The translations under genes and the position numbers were made by a program. From Chiloscyllium plagiosum (Eukaryota): a stretch of DNA of 55,532 nt. The stretch is from assembly GCF_004010195.1 (NCBI RefSeq), contig NC_057754.1, positions 3,547,800 through 3,603,331 on the forward strand, written 5' to 3'. The notes below the pieces were generated by a model that was not told the DNA's origin, ran no database searches, and was given only the letters and a program-made list of their open reading frames with translations. This document shows, one piece after another, positions 1 through 12,994 of this stretch (within the stretch, counting starts at the first letter, position 1; each line of letters begins with the position of its first letter).

Positions 1-644
<644 letters not shown>

Positions 645-859
645 TGATGGGGAATGCTTTGTTAAACCAGGAATGCACAACCTAATAATTGGATTATCCG
701 TAATTATCCATTATCCAGCCATGAATAGTGCAGGGAGATAATTTAGTCAGTTTAAGTGTGGTGTGATACGCATTGGGGTAATGTGGGACATTTTGTGATT
801 AATTTGTGGGACGGACCGACATGTTTTGCCTGTCCCTAATTGCCTTCTTAAACTGCTAC

Positions 860-1225
860 AGTCCATGTGGTGTAGGGAGACACCTGCTGTGGGGAGGGAG
901 TCACTAGATTTTAGCCCAGCCACACTGGAGGAACAGGGATTTCTTTCCAAGTCAGGACGGCATGGGGACCTTAAAGGGGGTGATGTTCCCATTGCCTTGG
1001 CTGGAGGTGAATGTTGAGATTGGGGGTGTTTTAACAGAGCTGCCATCTTGTGGATGGTACACACAGCTTCGACTGAGCGGTGGTGGTAGAGGGAGCAGAT
1101 GTTGAAGATGGCGGATGGGGCGCCCAATCCAGCGGTAAAATGGTGGACACTGGTTGGGGAGTCAGGAGGTGAGTTAATCGGTGCAGGATTCCCAGCCTCT
1201 GACCTGCTCTTGTAGCTGCAGGTGT
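860..1225 (-). mobile_element. CR1/L2-group LINE 3' fragment (Crack/Daphne-like family)
   Basis: Minus-strand LYHHRSVEAVCTIHKM motif; same family as 5905-6870 and 40430-40800. Confidence 0.55.
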
Positions 1226-1261
1226 TAGATTCCTCTGTTGGCCCAGTGAATTAATTAGATT

Positions 1262-1542
1262 ACTTACAGTGTGGAAACAGGGCCTTTGGCCCAACAAGTC
1301 CACACCGACCCGCCGAAGAGCAACCTGACATTTACCCCTTCACCTAACACTACGGGCAATTTAGCCTGGCCAATTCACCTGGCCTGCACATCTTTGGACT
1401 GTGGGAAGAAACCGGAGCTCCCGGAGGGTACACACACAGACACAGGGAGAACGTGCAAACTCCACACAAACAGTTGCCTGAGGCGGGAATTGAACCCAGG
1501 TCCCTGGCGCTGTGAGGCAACAGTGCTAACCACTGTGCCACA
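1262..1542 (-). mobile_element. HE1-like tRNA-derived V-SINE, no internal amplification
   Basis: Reverse complement starts GTGGCACAGTGGTTAGCACTGTTGCCTCACAGCGCCAGGGACCTGGGTTCAATTCC (A/B boxes), followed by the V-domain TGTGTGGAGTTTGCACGTTCTCC. Confidence 0.85.
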
Positions 1543-1829
1543 TTCTGAAATCCAAACAGGGGGGGCCTTGCTCAAACAGGTTCAGAGGGCAGTTAAGAGT
1601 CAACCACATCGCTTGTGGGTCTGGAGTCCCATGTAGGCCTCAGTCTAGGGTAAGGATGGCAGATTCCTTCACTAAAGGGCAGGAGTGAACCAGATGAGTT
1701 TTCCCAACAAATTGAATGTAAATTCCTTTAGCCTCTGTGATGGGATTTGAATATCTGACTGGGGTATTTGTCCAGGCCTTTAGATTATTTCATCCAGGAA
1801 CAAATTACGACTGTGCAATGATCCAACAT

Positions 1830-2210
1830 GGAGTCATAGCGTCATACAGCACGGAAACAGACCCTTCAGCCCAACCAGTCCATAATCCCAAACTAAACTA
1901 GACCCACCTGCCTGCTCCTGGCCCATATCCCTCCAAACCCTTTCCTATCCATGTCCTTATCCGAATGACTTTTAAACGTTGTAACTGTACCCGCATCCAC
2001 CACTTCCTCTGGAAGTTCATTCCACACACGCACCACCCTCTGTGTAAACAAATTGCCCCCCATGTCTTTTTTTAAAATCTTCCTCCTTCACCTTAAACAT
2101 AGTCTTGAAATCCCCCACCCTGCGGAAAAGCCTTTCACCTTATCTAAGCACCTCATGATTTTAGAACCCTCTCTAAGATCACCCCTCAACCTCCTATACT
2201 CCAGGGGAAA
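1830..2210 (-). mobile_element. CR1/HER1-like LINE 3' end
   Basis: Reverse-complement RVVRVWNELPEEV-type ORF2 end with TATGACTC tail. Confidence 0.8.
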
Positions 2211-2217
2211 GAACACT

Positions 2218-3095
2218 CATAGAATCTGTACAGTGTGGAAGCGGACCATTTGGCCTATCAAGTCCAAACTGATCCTCCAAAGAGCATACCATTCAGACCA
2301 ACCCAATCCCCACAGCCTGCACATCCCTGGACACTATGGGGCAATTTAGCATGGCCAATCCACCCGAACCTGCATATCCCTGGACACTATGGGACAATTT
2401 GTCACAGCCAATCCAGCCTAACCTGCACATCCCTAGACACTATGGGGTAATTTAGCACGGCCAATCCACCCTAACCTGCACATCCCTGGGCTCTATGGGA
2501 CAATTTAGCACGGCCAATCCACCCTAACCTGCACATCCCTGGGCTCTATGGGTCAATTTAGCTAGGCCAATCCAGCCTAACCTGCACATCCCTAGACACT
2601 ATGGGGTAATTTAGCACGGCCAATCCACCCTAACCTGCACATNNNNNNNNNNNNNNNNNNNNNNNNNNNNNNNNNNNNNNNNNNNNNNNNNNNNNNNNNN
2701 NNNNNNNNNNNNNNNNNNNNNNNNNNNNNNNNNNNNNNNNNNNNNNNNNNNNNNNNNNNNNNNNNNNNNNNNNNNNNNNNNNNGCACATTCCTGGACACT
2801 ATGGGACAATTTCCCATGGCCAATCCACCCTAACCTGCACATCCCTGGACACTATGGGACAATTTAGCATGGCCAACCCACTCTAACCTGCACATCCCTG
2901 GGCACTATGGGGCAATTTAGCATGGCCAATCCACCCTAACTTGCACATCTTTGGACCATGCGAGGAAACTAGAGGAAATCCACACAGACACAGGGAGAAT
3001 GTGTAAACTCCCCACAGATAGTTCCCTGAGGGTGGAATTGAACGCAGATCCCTGGCGCCGTGAGGCATCAGTGCTAACCACTGAGCCACCCACTC
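2218..3095 (-). mobile_element. HE1-like SINE with internal 53-bp tandem array (contains gap)
   Basis: SINE head at ~3030-3095; repeated CCAATCCACCCTAACCTGCACATCCCTGG units at 2310-2950. Confidence 0.85.
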
Positions 3096-3499
3096 GTCCC
3101 AGCATATCCAAACCCTAAATTTCCGGCAACATCCTGGTAAATCTCTTCTGAACCCTCTCCAGCTTAATAACATCCTTCCTGTAACAGAGCGACCAGATCT
3201 GGACCCATTTCTCATACACTCCCCATGCCTTGAGTTGCCCAGGGGGGAGCTGAGCTCTGCAATTCCCTCCCTAATCCTCTCTATCTTTCTCACTCTCCTT
3301 TATGACACAGATCTTTGACAAAAGTTTAGGGTCATCAGACCCGAACATCGCACCTGAGTCTTTCCGTTGCGTTATGGGTGCCACATAAAGGTATATGGTT
3401 GAAACAGCCAATATGATTGTCATCGTAAGGACGGTGTGAGATCAGCGGAACTGGCCTCGTGGTTCAATCCAAAACTGACAGAACTGAGGATGGTGGAAA

Positions 3500-3712
3500 T
3501 CAGAAATGAAACCCGAAATTATCTGCAAAAGCTCAGCAGGCCTGGCAGCATCCGTGGAGAGAAAGCAGAGTTAACGGTTTGGGTCTGGTGACCCACCATC
3601 AGAGCTGAGGAACTCTGAACCCTAGCTCTGACCCCCCAAAACGTTAACTCTGATTTCTCCACAGGTCCTGCGACTGCCAGATCTGCTCAGCTTTTCCAGC
3701 AATTTCTGTTCA
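3500..3712. mobile_element. Fold-back (inverted) pair of PLE-type termini with degenerate hammerhead remnants
   Basis: Arm AAAAGCTCAGCAGG..GGCAGC..GTGGAGAGAAAGCAGAGTTAACG mirrors CGTTAACTCTGATTTCTCCAC..CTGCCAGATCTGCTCAGCTTTT. Confidence 0.65.
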
Positions 3713-3907
3713 GGTTGCTTTGTGACCAAACTGGTTGAACCCTCTGGTCAAAACAGGTGATGATCTTACGGTCTGAGCAATCCAGGTTCTCTGTTAAAGG
3801 CGTGCTATAACGGCTGGGGGGGGACGGTTTTATTTTGCCCTGGATATATCTGCTCACTCTCCTGCATTGGTTTGCCCCCTCTCCCATCCCCCCCCCCCCC
3901 CCCGCAG

Positions 3908-4156
3908 GATAAGTTGACATTCCCGCCGGACATCAGCGACGTGTCGGAGGCGGCCCAGGACCTGATCGCCAAGCTGGTGTGTGGCAAGGACAGGCGGCTG
4001 GGTCAGGCGGGCATCAGAGACCTGCAGGGCCACCCCTTCTTCGCTGGCATCGACTGGCAGCATATCCGCGAGTGCCCACCGCCCTACATCCCTGAGGTCA
4101 CCAGCCCCACCGATACATCTAACTTCGACGTGGACGACGATGTGCTGAAGTTGGCG
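3908..4156 (+). CDS. CDC42BPG: CDC42BPG-like exon: kinase C-lobe end and AGC C-terminal tail
   Basis: CAG/GTGAGT, 249 nt, phase 0-0. DKLTFPPDISDVSEAAQDLIAKLVC...HPFFAGIDW...PPPYIPEVTSPTDTSNFDVDDD. Confidence 0.95.
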
Positions 4157-4679
4157 GTGAGTGGCAGCGTTGCTGGGGTGGGGTTGGGGAGAACGGCTCG
4201 GTTGGAGGAAGCCAGATAGCCGACCCCAGTCTTTTATTTATTTCTTTCATCATTCATGGGTGTTGCTGGTCAGGCCCAGTATTTATTGCCCAGAGGGCAG
4301 TGAAGAGTCAACCACGACACTGTGGATCTGGAGTGACGCGTAGGCCCAGACCAGGTAAGGGTGGCAGCTTGACAATAGTGACCCAGACAGGAATATCCGA
4401 CAATCCATTCCTGATCGTCACAAGACTCCTTGTTCCAGATCTTTACTGAATTCAAATTCCACCATCTGCCGTGGAGGGAGTCTACCCAGGTCTCCAGACT
4501 GTATCTCCAGATTAACAGCCCAGCGATGCTACCACTAGGCCGTCACTTCCCCTCACTTAATAACAGCCCCACATTTGCATAACGGCATTGTCACAGAGCT
4601 GTGCGAGAGGTCAAGAAGAGGCAATCCGAGAAACTCGGCAGAGGACACGATGTTCAGAAAATGGAGCAGCACAGCCCAT

Positions 4680-5625
4680 GGTGTCCCTGTCCCTGGGAGT
4701 GTTTGATGGAGGACAGTGTAGAGGGAGCTTTACTCTGTATCTAACCCCGTGCTGTCCCTGTCCCTGGGAGTGTTTGATAGGGGACAGTGTAGAGTGAACT
4801 TTACTCTGTATCTAACCCCGTGCTGTCCCTGTCCCTGGGAGTGTTTGATGGGGGGACAGTGTAGAGGGAGCTTTACTCTGTATCTAACCACGTGCTGTCA
4901 CAGTCCTGGGAGTGTTTGATGGGCGACAGTGTAGAGAGAGCTTTACTCTGTATCTAACCCCGTGCTGTCCCTGTCCTGGGAGTGTTTGATTGGGGACAGT
5001 GTAGACGGAGCTTTACTCTGTATCTAACCCCATGCACTCCTTGTCCTGGGGAGTGTTTGATGGGGGACAGTGTAGAGGGAGCTTTACTCTGTATCTAACC
5101 CCGTGCTGTCCCTGTCCTGTGGAGTGTTTGATGGGGGACAATGTAGAGGGAGCTTTACTCTGTATCTAACCCTGTACTATCCCTGTCCTGTAGAGTGTTT
5201 GATGGGGGACAGTGTAGAGGGAGCTTTACTCTGTATCTAACCCTGTGCTGTCCCTGTCCTGGTAGTGGTTGATGGGGGACTGTATAGAAGGAGCTTTCCT
5301 CTGTATTTAACTCTGTTGTGCACCATCTTTGTGGTTCTGTGGATATGTTTCTGTCTGCCTATTACCTGTAGAGTGTTAGATGGGGGACAATGTAGAGAGC
5401 TTTACTCTGTATCTAACCCTGTGCTGTCCCTGTCCTGGTAGTGGTTGATGGGGGACTGTGTAGAGGGAGCTTTACTCTGTATCTAACCCTGTGCTGTCCC
5501 TGTCCTGGGAGTGTTTGATGGGGACAGTGTAGAGGGAGCTTTACTATGTATCTAACCCTATGCTGTCCCTGTCCTGGTAGTGGTTGATGGGGGACTGTAT
5601 GGAGGGAGCTTTCCTCTGTATTTAA
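4680..5625 (+). repeat. 70-bp minisatellite family A, array 1
   Basis: Unit GGGAGTGTTTGATGGGGGACAGTGTAGAGGGAGCTTTACTCTGTATCTAACCCCGTGCTGTCCCTGTCCT. Confidence 0.95.
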
Positions 5626-5777
5626 CTCTGTTGTGCACCATCTTTGTGGTTCTGTGGATATGTTTCTGTCTGCCTATTAATTTCTCCCATATTTGTGCCT
5701 GTGCCCATCACCTGACTGTTCCTTATTGAGATCTGTCTCTTCCAGGGGTCTCTGACTGTCTGCCTTGTGTGTTTCAG

Positions 5778-5857
5778 GACTCAACTGTTCCTTCCAGCCG
5801 GAGTGCGTTCTCTGGACTCCACCTGCCCTTCGTTGGGTTCACATACACTTCCAACTG
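5778..5857 (+). CDS. CDC42BPG: CDC42BPG-like exon with AGC hydrophobic motif
   Basis: CAG/GTGAGT, 80 nt, phase 0-2. DSTVPSSRSAFSGLHLPFVGFTYTSN. Not in the ORF track. Confidence 0.93.
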
Positions 5858-5904
5858 GTGAGTTACAACCAGGGAACAAACTGAGCCCAACTTCCCCCAG
5901 ACCC

Positions 5905-6870
5905 TAATGACCTGTCCACCACCTACAAGCCGTAAGTCAGGAGGGTGAGGGAATACTCCCCACTTGCCCCCGGATGGATACAGCCCCAACAACACTCCAA
6001 AAGCTTGACACTATCCAAGATAAAGCAGCCCCTCGCTTGATTGACACTGCATGCGCAATCCCTCCACCTCAGTAGCAGCAGGGTGTACCATCTCCAAGAT
6101 GCACTGCAGAAATTCACACAATGATCGTGAACTTAGGACACAGATTTGGTCCTTCTTTGTTCCTGTGTAGGAGGTGGGCACTGTGCTCCAGGCCAGTATT
6201 TGTCGTCTATCCTAACTAGCCTGAGAAAGCCGTGTTGAGCTGCTTTATTGAACCGCTGCAGTCATATGGTGTAGATAGACAATTAGGGAGGGAGTTCATG
6301 GATTTTAACACAGCAGCCGATATATTTCCAAGTCAGGATGGTGAGGGGCTCGGAGGGCAAGCTGCAGGGGGTGGTATTCCCATGTATCTGCTGCCCTTGT
6401 TCTTCGAGATGGGAGTGCTTGTGGGTTTGGAAGGTGCTGTCTCAGGAGTTTTGGTAAGTTTCTGCAGTGCCTCTTGTAGGTGGTACACACTGCTGCGACT
6501 GAGCGTCGGTGGGGAAGGGAGTGAGGATGTGGTGCCAATCAAGCGAGGGGGCTGCTTTGTCCCTGGATGGTGTCGAGCTTCTCGAGTGTTGTTGGAGCTG
6601 CCCCCATCCGGGGGCAAGTGGGGAGTATTCCCTCACCCTCCTGACTTGTGGCTTGTAGATGGTGGGACAGGCTTTGGGGGGGGGGGGGGGAGTAAGGAGA
6701 GGAGTCCTAACCTCTGATTTGCTCCTGTATTCATAAGGCTGGTCCACTTCAGGTTCTGATCACCTGACGATGATAATAGTGGGGCATCCCGTGATGGTCA
6801 TTTTAGTGAATGTCAAGGTGATGGTTAGATTCTCTTTTATTGGAGATGGTCAGTCCCTGGCATTTGATTG
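5905..6870. mobile_element. Two oppositely oriented fragments of a Crack/Daphne-like LINE
   Basis: Plus copy ~5905-6120 and minus copy ~6200-6870 share TIYKPQVRRVREYSPLA / LDTIQDKAA / HRRSVAAVCTTYK-type peptides. Confidence 0.6.
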
Positions 6871-7700
6871 TCATAGAAGTATACAGCACAGAAACAGACC
6901 CTTCAGTCCAACCCGTCCATGCTGACCAGATATCCCAACCTAATCTAGTCCCATTTGCCAGCACTTGGCCCATATCCCTCTAAACCATTCCTATTCATGT
7001 CCCCATCCAGATGTTGGCATTGTACCAGCCTCCACCACTTCCTCTGGCAGCTCATTCCATACATGTACCACCCTCTGTGTGAAAACGTTGCCAAGGAGGC
7101 TGAGGGGTGACCTTATAAAATCTTAAGGGGCATATTTGGCAGTTGCCTTTTTTCTAGAACGGGGGAGTTCAAAACTAGTGGGCATATTTTTAAGATGAGA
7201 GGGGAAAGACTTAAAAAGGACCTGAGGGTCATCTTTTTCACACAGAGGGTGATTTGTGTGTAGAATGAACAGCAGAGGAAGTAGTGAATGCAGGTACAGT
7301 TACAATGTTTAAGTAACATTTGGACAGGTACATGAATAGGAAAGGTTTAAGTGGATATGGGCCAAACGCCGGCAAATGGGACTAGTTTAGTTTGGGAATC
7401 CTAGTAAGTTGGATCAAAGGGTCTGTTTCTGTGCTGCATGACTCTATGACTCTTTATGCCCCTTAGTCTTGAAATCCCCCACTCAAGGTAAAAGATACCT
7501 GCCATTCACCTTCTTAATGCTCCTCATGATTTTATAAACCTCTATGAGGTCACCCCTCAACCTCCTATGCTCCAGTGAAGAAAATCCCAGTTTATCATCC
7601 AGCCTTTCCTTACAACTCAAGTCCTCCATTCCCAGTAACATCCTGGTAAATCTCTTCTGGACCCTCTCCAGTTTAATAATATCCTTCTTATAACAGAGTA
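6870..7700. mobile_element. Cluster of CR1/HER1-like 3' fragments (minus, plus, minus)
   Basis: CR1 ORF2 end motifs (LRGDL, FFTQRV) and an ATGACTCTATGACTCT tail. Confidence 0.75.
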
Positions 7701-7914
7701 GAGGCCACTATAGCAGTTGTACTGAGGACATAATTAATGTTGGAGCATAAGTCTTTAAGTGCTATGGCCATAATTTTGATAAGGCAAACACCCTTTGCAG
7801 AATCCAATGGCCTGAAACCATTTCTTGATGCAAAATGGAGTTGGCAGGAGACTGGTAGGAGGCTTTTTGGCAGGGGTTAATGCTTCACGTGACCGGTTTC
7901 TCCATCTCCTCCAG

Positions 7915-8048
7915 CTCACTGTCTGACCGCGGCTGTCTGAGAGACCCATGGGGCAGCACTTCACTTGACAACCGGGAGGCCGAGGCATTTGAGATACAGA
8001 TAAAGCAGCTGGAGGTGGACAAGAGGGAGCTGAATCACAGACTCCAAG
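7915..8048 (+). CDS. CDC42BPG: CDC42BPG-like exon, start of coiled coil
   Basis: CAG/GT, 134 nt, phase 2-1. SLSDRGCLRDPWGSTSLDNREAEAFEIQIKQLEVDKRELNHRLQ. Confidence 0.9.
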
Positions 8049-8204
8049 GTGAAAATTAGAGATGCTTCTCTTCACATGCACAATCTCTATTTTAACTCAT
8101 TCATTGTTACAAATTGCTCATGGAAACCAAATCAAAATTGTCAAAGCTTGTACCCTTGTATTATCTGCAAGTGATTGGTTTTTAGTCAAGGGGTTCGAGG
8201 TGGT

Positions 8205-8755
8205 TTGCAGATAGAATAACACATCCCTGGGAGTGAGTTACAGACTGGAATCTAATTGAGGGGTCCGGTGGGGTTAATATACAGAATAACAGATACCTGG
8301 GAGTGAGTTACAGACTGGAATCTAACCGAGTGGTCCGCTGGGATTAATATACAGAATAACAGATACCTGGGAGTGAGTTACAGACTGGAATCTAACCGAG
8401 TGGTCCGCTGGGATTAATATACAGAATAACAGATACCTGGGAGTGAGTTACAGACTGGAATCTAATTGAGAGGTTCGGGGTGGTTTATATACAGAATAAC
8501 AGATACCCCGGGAGTGAGTTACAGACTGGAATCTAACTGAGGGGTTCGGGGTGGTTTATATACAGAATAACAGATACCCGGGAGTGAGTTACAGACTGGA
8601 ATCTGATTGTGGGGTTCTGGAGGTTTACATATAGAACGGTACATTCCAGTGAGTAAATAATAGGTTGGAATCTAATCAAAGTGCTTTTGCAAATGTATAT
8701 AGAAAAACAAACCTTTTGGGATTGAGTGAGAGTCTGGAATCTAATCAAGGGATCT
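8205..8755 (+). repeat. 70-bp minisatellite family B
   Basis: ACAGAATAACAGATACCTGGGAGTGAGTTACAGACTGGAATCTAA at 8281, 8351, 8421, 8491 (period 70). Confidence 0.92.
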
Positions 8756-8790
8756 GCGTGCTTCATAGATTAAATAACACTTATGAACTT

Positions 8791-9066
8791 GTGGGCGGCA
8801 CGGTGGTTAGCACTGCTGCCTCACAGCGCCAGAGACCCGGGTTCAATTCCCGACTCAGGCGACCGACTGTGTGGAGTTTGCACATTCTCCTCGTGTCTGC
8901 ATGGGATTTCCTCCGGGTGCTCCGGTTTCCTCCCACAGTCCAAAGATGTGCAGGTCAGGTGAATTGGCCATGCTAAATTGTCCGTAGTGTTAGGTGAAGG
9001 GGTAAATGTAGGAGAATGGGTAGGTTGCGCTTCGGCGGGTCGGTGTGGACTTAATCTAATCTAATC
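8791..9066 (+). mobile_element. HE1-like V-SINE, no internal amplification, (TAATC)n tail
   Basis: GGCACGGTGGTTAGCACTGCTGCCTCACAGCGCC..GGTTCAATTCC head plus V-domain. Confidence 0.88.
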
Positions 9067-9340
9067 ATATAAAAACTTAATCAAATTGAGTGTCTTGCAT
9101 AGGATTTTCATCAGAATATGTGAGTTGGCCTCTAATCCAGGGGTTCAGGGAGATTACAGTGAATCATTCTCAGTCACGTGAGTCTAAGCATGTTAACAGT
9201 CTTACAGTTCCCTGATAGTGTATATGGACAGCTGTGACTATTACCCCTGGGGCATTGCTATGAGGTTGATCAGTGATCTGCATTGATTTCTCTCTGAGGA
9301 GTCTCTGAACGATGGTTAACTTTCTCTCTCCATGTGACAG

Positions 9341-9451
9341 AATCTCTGCAGAAAGCCGCAGTCGGTCACAGCAGCTCAGGGTCGGCCAAGAAAGAAATGG
9401 AAATCAAAAGTCTGAAAGAAGAAATGCAGATCCTGAAAACGAGACTGGCAG
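9341..9451 (+). CDS. CDC42BPG: CDC42BPG-like coiled-coil exon
   Basis: CAG/GTAAG, 111 nt, phase 1-1. SLQKAAVGHSSSGSAKKEMEIKSLKEEMQILKTRLA. Confidence 0.9.
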
Positions 9452-9679
9452 GTAAGCTCCTGGTTCACCGTGTTCGTATCAATCCAGCAAACTACTGCCT
9501 TCACTGAGCGTTAGCGCCCATGGATTCAGTGGTGGAATATTGGCAGAGGGTGGAGGATTGGTTAACCAATAGAAAACAGAGAGTTGGGGTGAGGCAGGAG
9601 ATTTTCAGGATGGCAGTCTATAACTAGTGGAGTGCCACAGGGGTCAGTGCTGGGCCACAATTATTTATAACAGACATGA

Positions 9680-10345
9680 ATCATAGAGTCCTCACAGTGT
9701 GGAAATAGGCCCTTTGGCCCAACAAGTCCAGATCAACCCTCTGAAGAGTAATCCACCCAGACCTATTCGGCGAACCTATTACTTTACATTTACCCCTAAC
9801 TAATGCATCTAACCTACACATCCCTGAACACCATGGACAATCTAGCATGGCCAATTCACGCTAACCTGCACATCCCTGGGCACTATGGGATAATTTCCCA
9901 TGGCCAATCCACCCTACCCTGCACATCCCTGGGCACTATGGGACAATTTAGCACGGCCAATCCACCCTAACCTGCACATCCCTGGGCACTATGGGATAAT
10001 TTAGCACGGCCAATTCACGCTAACCTGCACATCCCTGGGCACTATGGGACAATTTAGCACGGCCAATTCACGCTAACCTGCACATCCCTGGGCACTATGG
10101 GACAATTTAGCACGGCCAATCCACCCTAACCTGCACATCCCTGGGCACTGTGGGACAATTTAGCATGGCCAATCCGCCCTAACCTGAGCATCTTTGGACT
10201 GTGGGAGGAAACTGAAGCACCCGGAGGAAACCCACGCGGACACGAGGAGAACATGCAAACTCCACACAGACAGTCATCTAAGGCTGGAATCGAACCTGGA
10301 GCCCTGGCACTGTGAGGCAGCAATGCTAACCACTGAGCCCCCATG
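9680..10345 (-). mobile_element. HE1-like SINE with ~7 internal 53-bp repeats
   Basis: Head at ~10290-10345; tandem units at ~9815-10195. Confidence 0.87.
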
Positions 10346-10459
10346 CTCAGTGATTATAGAGTCAAACAGCACAGAAACATGCCGTTCGGTCCAACTCATC
10401 CTGATGTGGAAAGTGGAATTACGACAGCCTGGGTTATGTTTGATACAAGAATAGGTGGG

Positions 10460-11790
10460 AAGGCAAGTTATGGGAAGACTATTACCAAATTGGAGAGGGT
10501 TCAGAAGAGATTTACCAGGATGTTGCTGGGTATGGAAGGTTTGAGTTATAAAGAAAGGCTGGATAGGCTGGGACATTTTTCACTGGAACGTAGGAGGTTG
10601 AGAGGTGACCCGATAGAAGTTTATAAAATAAGAAGTATAGATAGAGTTGATGGGTAGGTGCCTTTTCCCCAAGATGGGGGATTTCAAGAATAGGGGGCAC
10701 ATTTTTAAGGAGAGAGATTTTAAAACAACATAAGAAGCAATTTTTTTTTTACACGGAGGGTGGTTCGTGTGTGGAATGAACTTCCTGAGGAAGTGGTGGA
10801 TGTGGGGACAGTTACAACATTTAAAAGACATTTGGGTAAGGACACGGATAGGAAAAGGTTTGGAGGGGTATGGGCCAGGAGCAGGCAGGTGGGACTAGTT
10901 TAGTTTGGAGATTATGTTCGGCATGGACTGGTTGGACTGAACGGTCTGTTTCCGTGTTGGATGACTCGATGGCACAAGAGGGATATCGAATGGGCAAAAA
11001 CTTGGCAGGCAGAATATTTGAAAACGTGAGTTTGGCAGGAACAAAGGAGCTGAATATTATTTCAATGGAGAAAGACTGCAGAAAGCTGCAACGCAGAGGA
11101 GTTTGGGGTGAATCACAAAAACCCAACATCCGTGTTCAGCAGGTAATAGGGAAGGTAAGTGGAATGGTGGCCTTTATTTCAAAAAGAATGGAGGATGAGG
11201 CTGGAGATGTCCGACTGAAACTATACAAGGAATCAATTGGATCACACACCTGGAGTACAGTTTGGTTCCTTCATCTGAGGAAAGACGTACTGGCATTGGA
11301 GTATGTCATAAAGAAGTTCATAAGATTGATTCCAGCTCTGGATATGTTTTTTTAACGAGGAGAGAGTGAGGACATTGGGACTGAACTCTTTGGAGTTCAG
11401 AAGATTGAGGGGCCATCGGATGGAAACACACAAAATTGTTACGGGACTTGACAGGGGAGATGTGGAACGGTTGTTGCCCCTTGTGGGAGGGTCTAGGACC
11501 AGAGGGCGTCAGGGCATCAGGTAAGGGAGTCAGACGCTTAGACAGAGAGGAATTTCTTCTCTCAGAGGGGAGTGGATCCGTGGAATTCCTTGCCCCAGAG
11601 GGCTGTGAGGCTGGGTCATTAAGTATATTCAAGGCTGAGAGACACTGGTTTTGAATCAGGATGGGTCATTGGGAAAAAGCAGGAAAATGGAGTTGAGGAT
11701 TACCTGGTCAGCCATGATCTCATTGAATAGCTCAGTGGACTCGATGGGCTGAATGGCCTCCTTCCGCTCCCATGCCTTATAGTTTTACAG
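10460..11790 (+). mobile_element. CR1-like LINE ORF2 3' fragments (two subfamilies in tandem)
   Basis: KLERVQKRFTRMLLGMEGLSYKERLDRLG..SLERRRLRGD; second fragment RKDVLALE..KKFIRLIP. Confidence 0.85.
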
Positions 11791-11854
11791 TCTAATAAAC
11801 ACTGGGATAGTGTTTAGGGATCTTTACACCATCCTATCCTATGCTGTATCACCG

Positions 11855-12562
11855 TGGGAGTGTTTGATGGGGGACAGTGTAGAGGAGGCTTTACTCTGTA
11901 TCTAACCCCGTGCTGTCCCTGTCCTGGGGAGTGTATGATGGGGGACAGTGTAGAGGAGGCTTTACTCTGTATCTAACCCCGTGCTGTCCCTGTCCCTGGG
12001 AGTGTTTGATGGGGGACAGTGTAGAGGGAGCTTTACTCTGTATCTAACCCCGTGCTGTCCCTGTCCTGGGAGTGTTTGATGGGGGACAGTGTAGAGAGAG
12101 CTTTACTCTGTATCTAACCCCGTGCTGTCCCTGTCCTGGGGAGTGTTTGATAGGGGACAGTGTAGAGGAGGCTTTACTCTGTATCTAACCCCGTGCTGTC
12201 CCTGTCCTGGGAGTGTTTGATGGGGGACAGTGTAGAAGGAGTTTTATTCTGTATCTAACCCCGTGCTGTCCCTGACCTGGGGAGTGTTTGATGGGCGACA
12301 ATGTAGAGTGAGCTTTACTCTGTATCTAACCCCGTGCTGTCACTGTCCTGGGGAGTGTTTGATGGGGGACAGTGTAGAAGGAGCTTTATTCTGTATCTAA
12401 CCCCATGCTGTCCCTGTCCTGGGAGTGTTTGATGGGGGACAGTGTAGAGGGATCTTTACTCTGTATCTAACCCCATGCTGTCCCTGTCCTGGGGAGTGTT
12501 TGATGGGGGACAGTGTAGAAGGAGCTTTACTCTCTATCTAACCCAGTGCTCTCCCTGTCCTG
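11855..12562 (+). repeat. 70-bp minisatellite family A, array 2
   Basis: About 10 copies of the unit seen at 4680-5625. Confidence 0.95.
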
Positions 12563-12875
12563 GAGTACCCAATGCAGATGCAGTGACAGTAACAGTTAGT
12601 GGCTATGGAATTTGTGGGACGTAGTGGGTTTGTGGGGGTTGGGGGGAGTTTAGCGAGTGAAGTGGAAGGGACATGTTAAGATGGTGCACTTGATTAAGCT
12701 TTGTGGTCTTCCGTCCCTGACCTATGGGGACCTGTCTGTTTTGTCACCTCGTCTTTGACCAGCCCACACACGCCTCCACCCCCACTAACAGCCCTCCTAG
12801 ATCTCACCCTCCTCTAAGAAACTCCTCGGGATGCTGGGTTCTGAGACTCACAGGCCTGTTGTGTTTCTTTTCCAG

Positions 12876-12994
12876 AGAACCAGCTGGATAATGATGAGCA
12901 GGTCAAGAGGAAGAGTGAGTCGGAGAATCGTCAGCTCCGAGCCCTGGAGAAGCAGCTGAAGACCCTGAAACAGGAGAAGGAGGAAATCTATAAG
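12876..12994 (+). CDS. CDC42BPG: CDC42BPG-like coiled-coil exon
   Basis: CAG/GT, 119 nt, phase 1-0. NQLDNDEQVKRKSESENRQLRALEKQLKTLKQEKEEIYK. Confidence 0.9.

Noticed and set aside
8791..8852. tRNA gene
   Set aside because: The A/B boxes run into a SINE V-domain and occur in many diverged copies; there is no complete cloverleaf.
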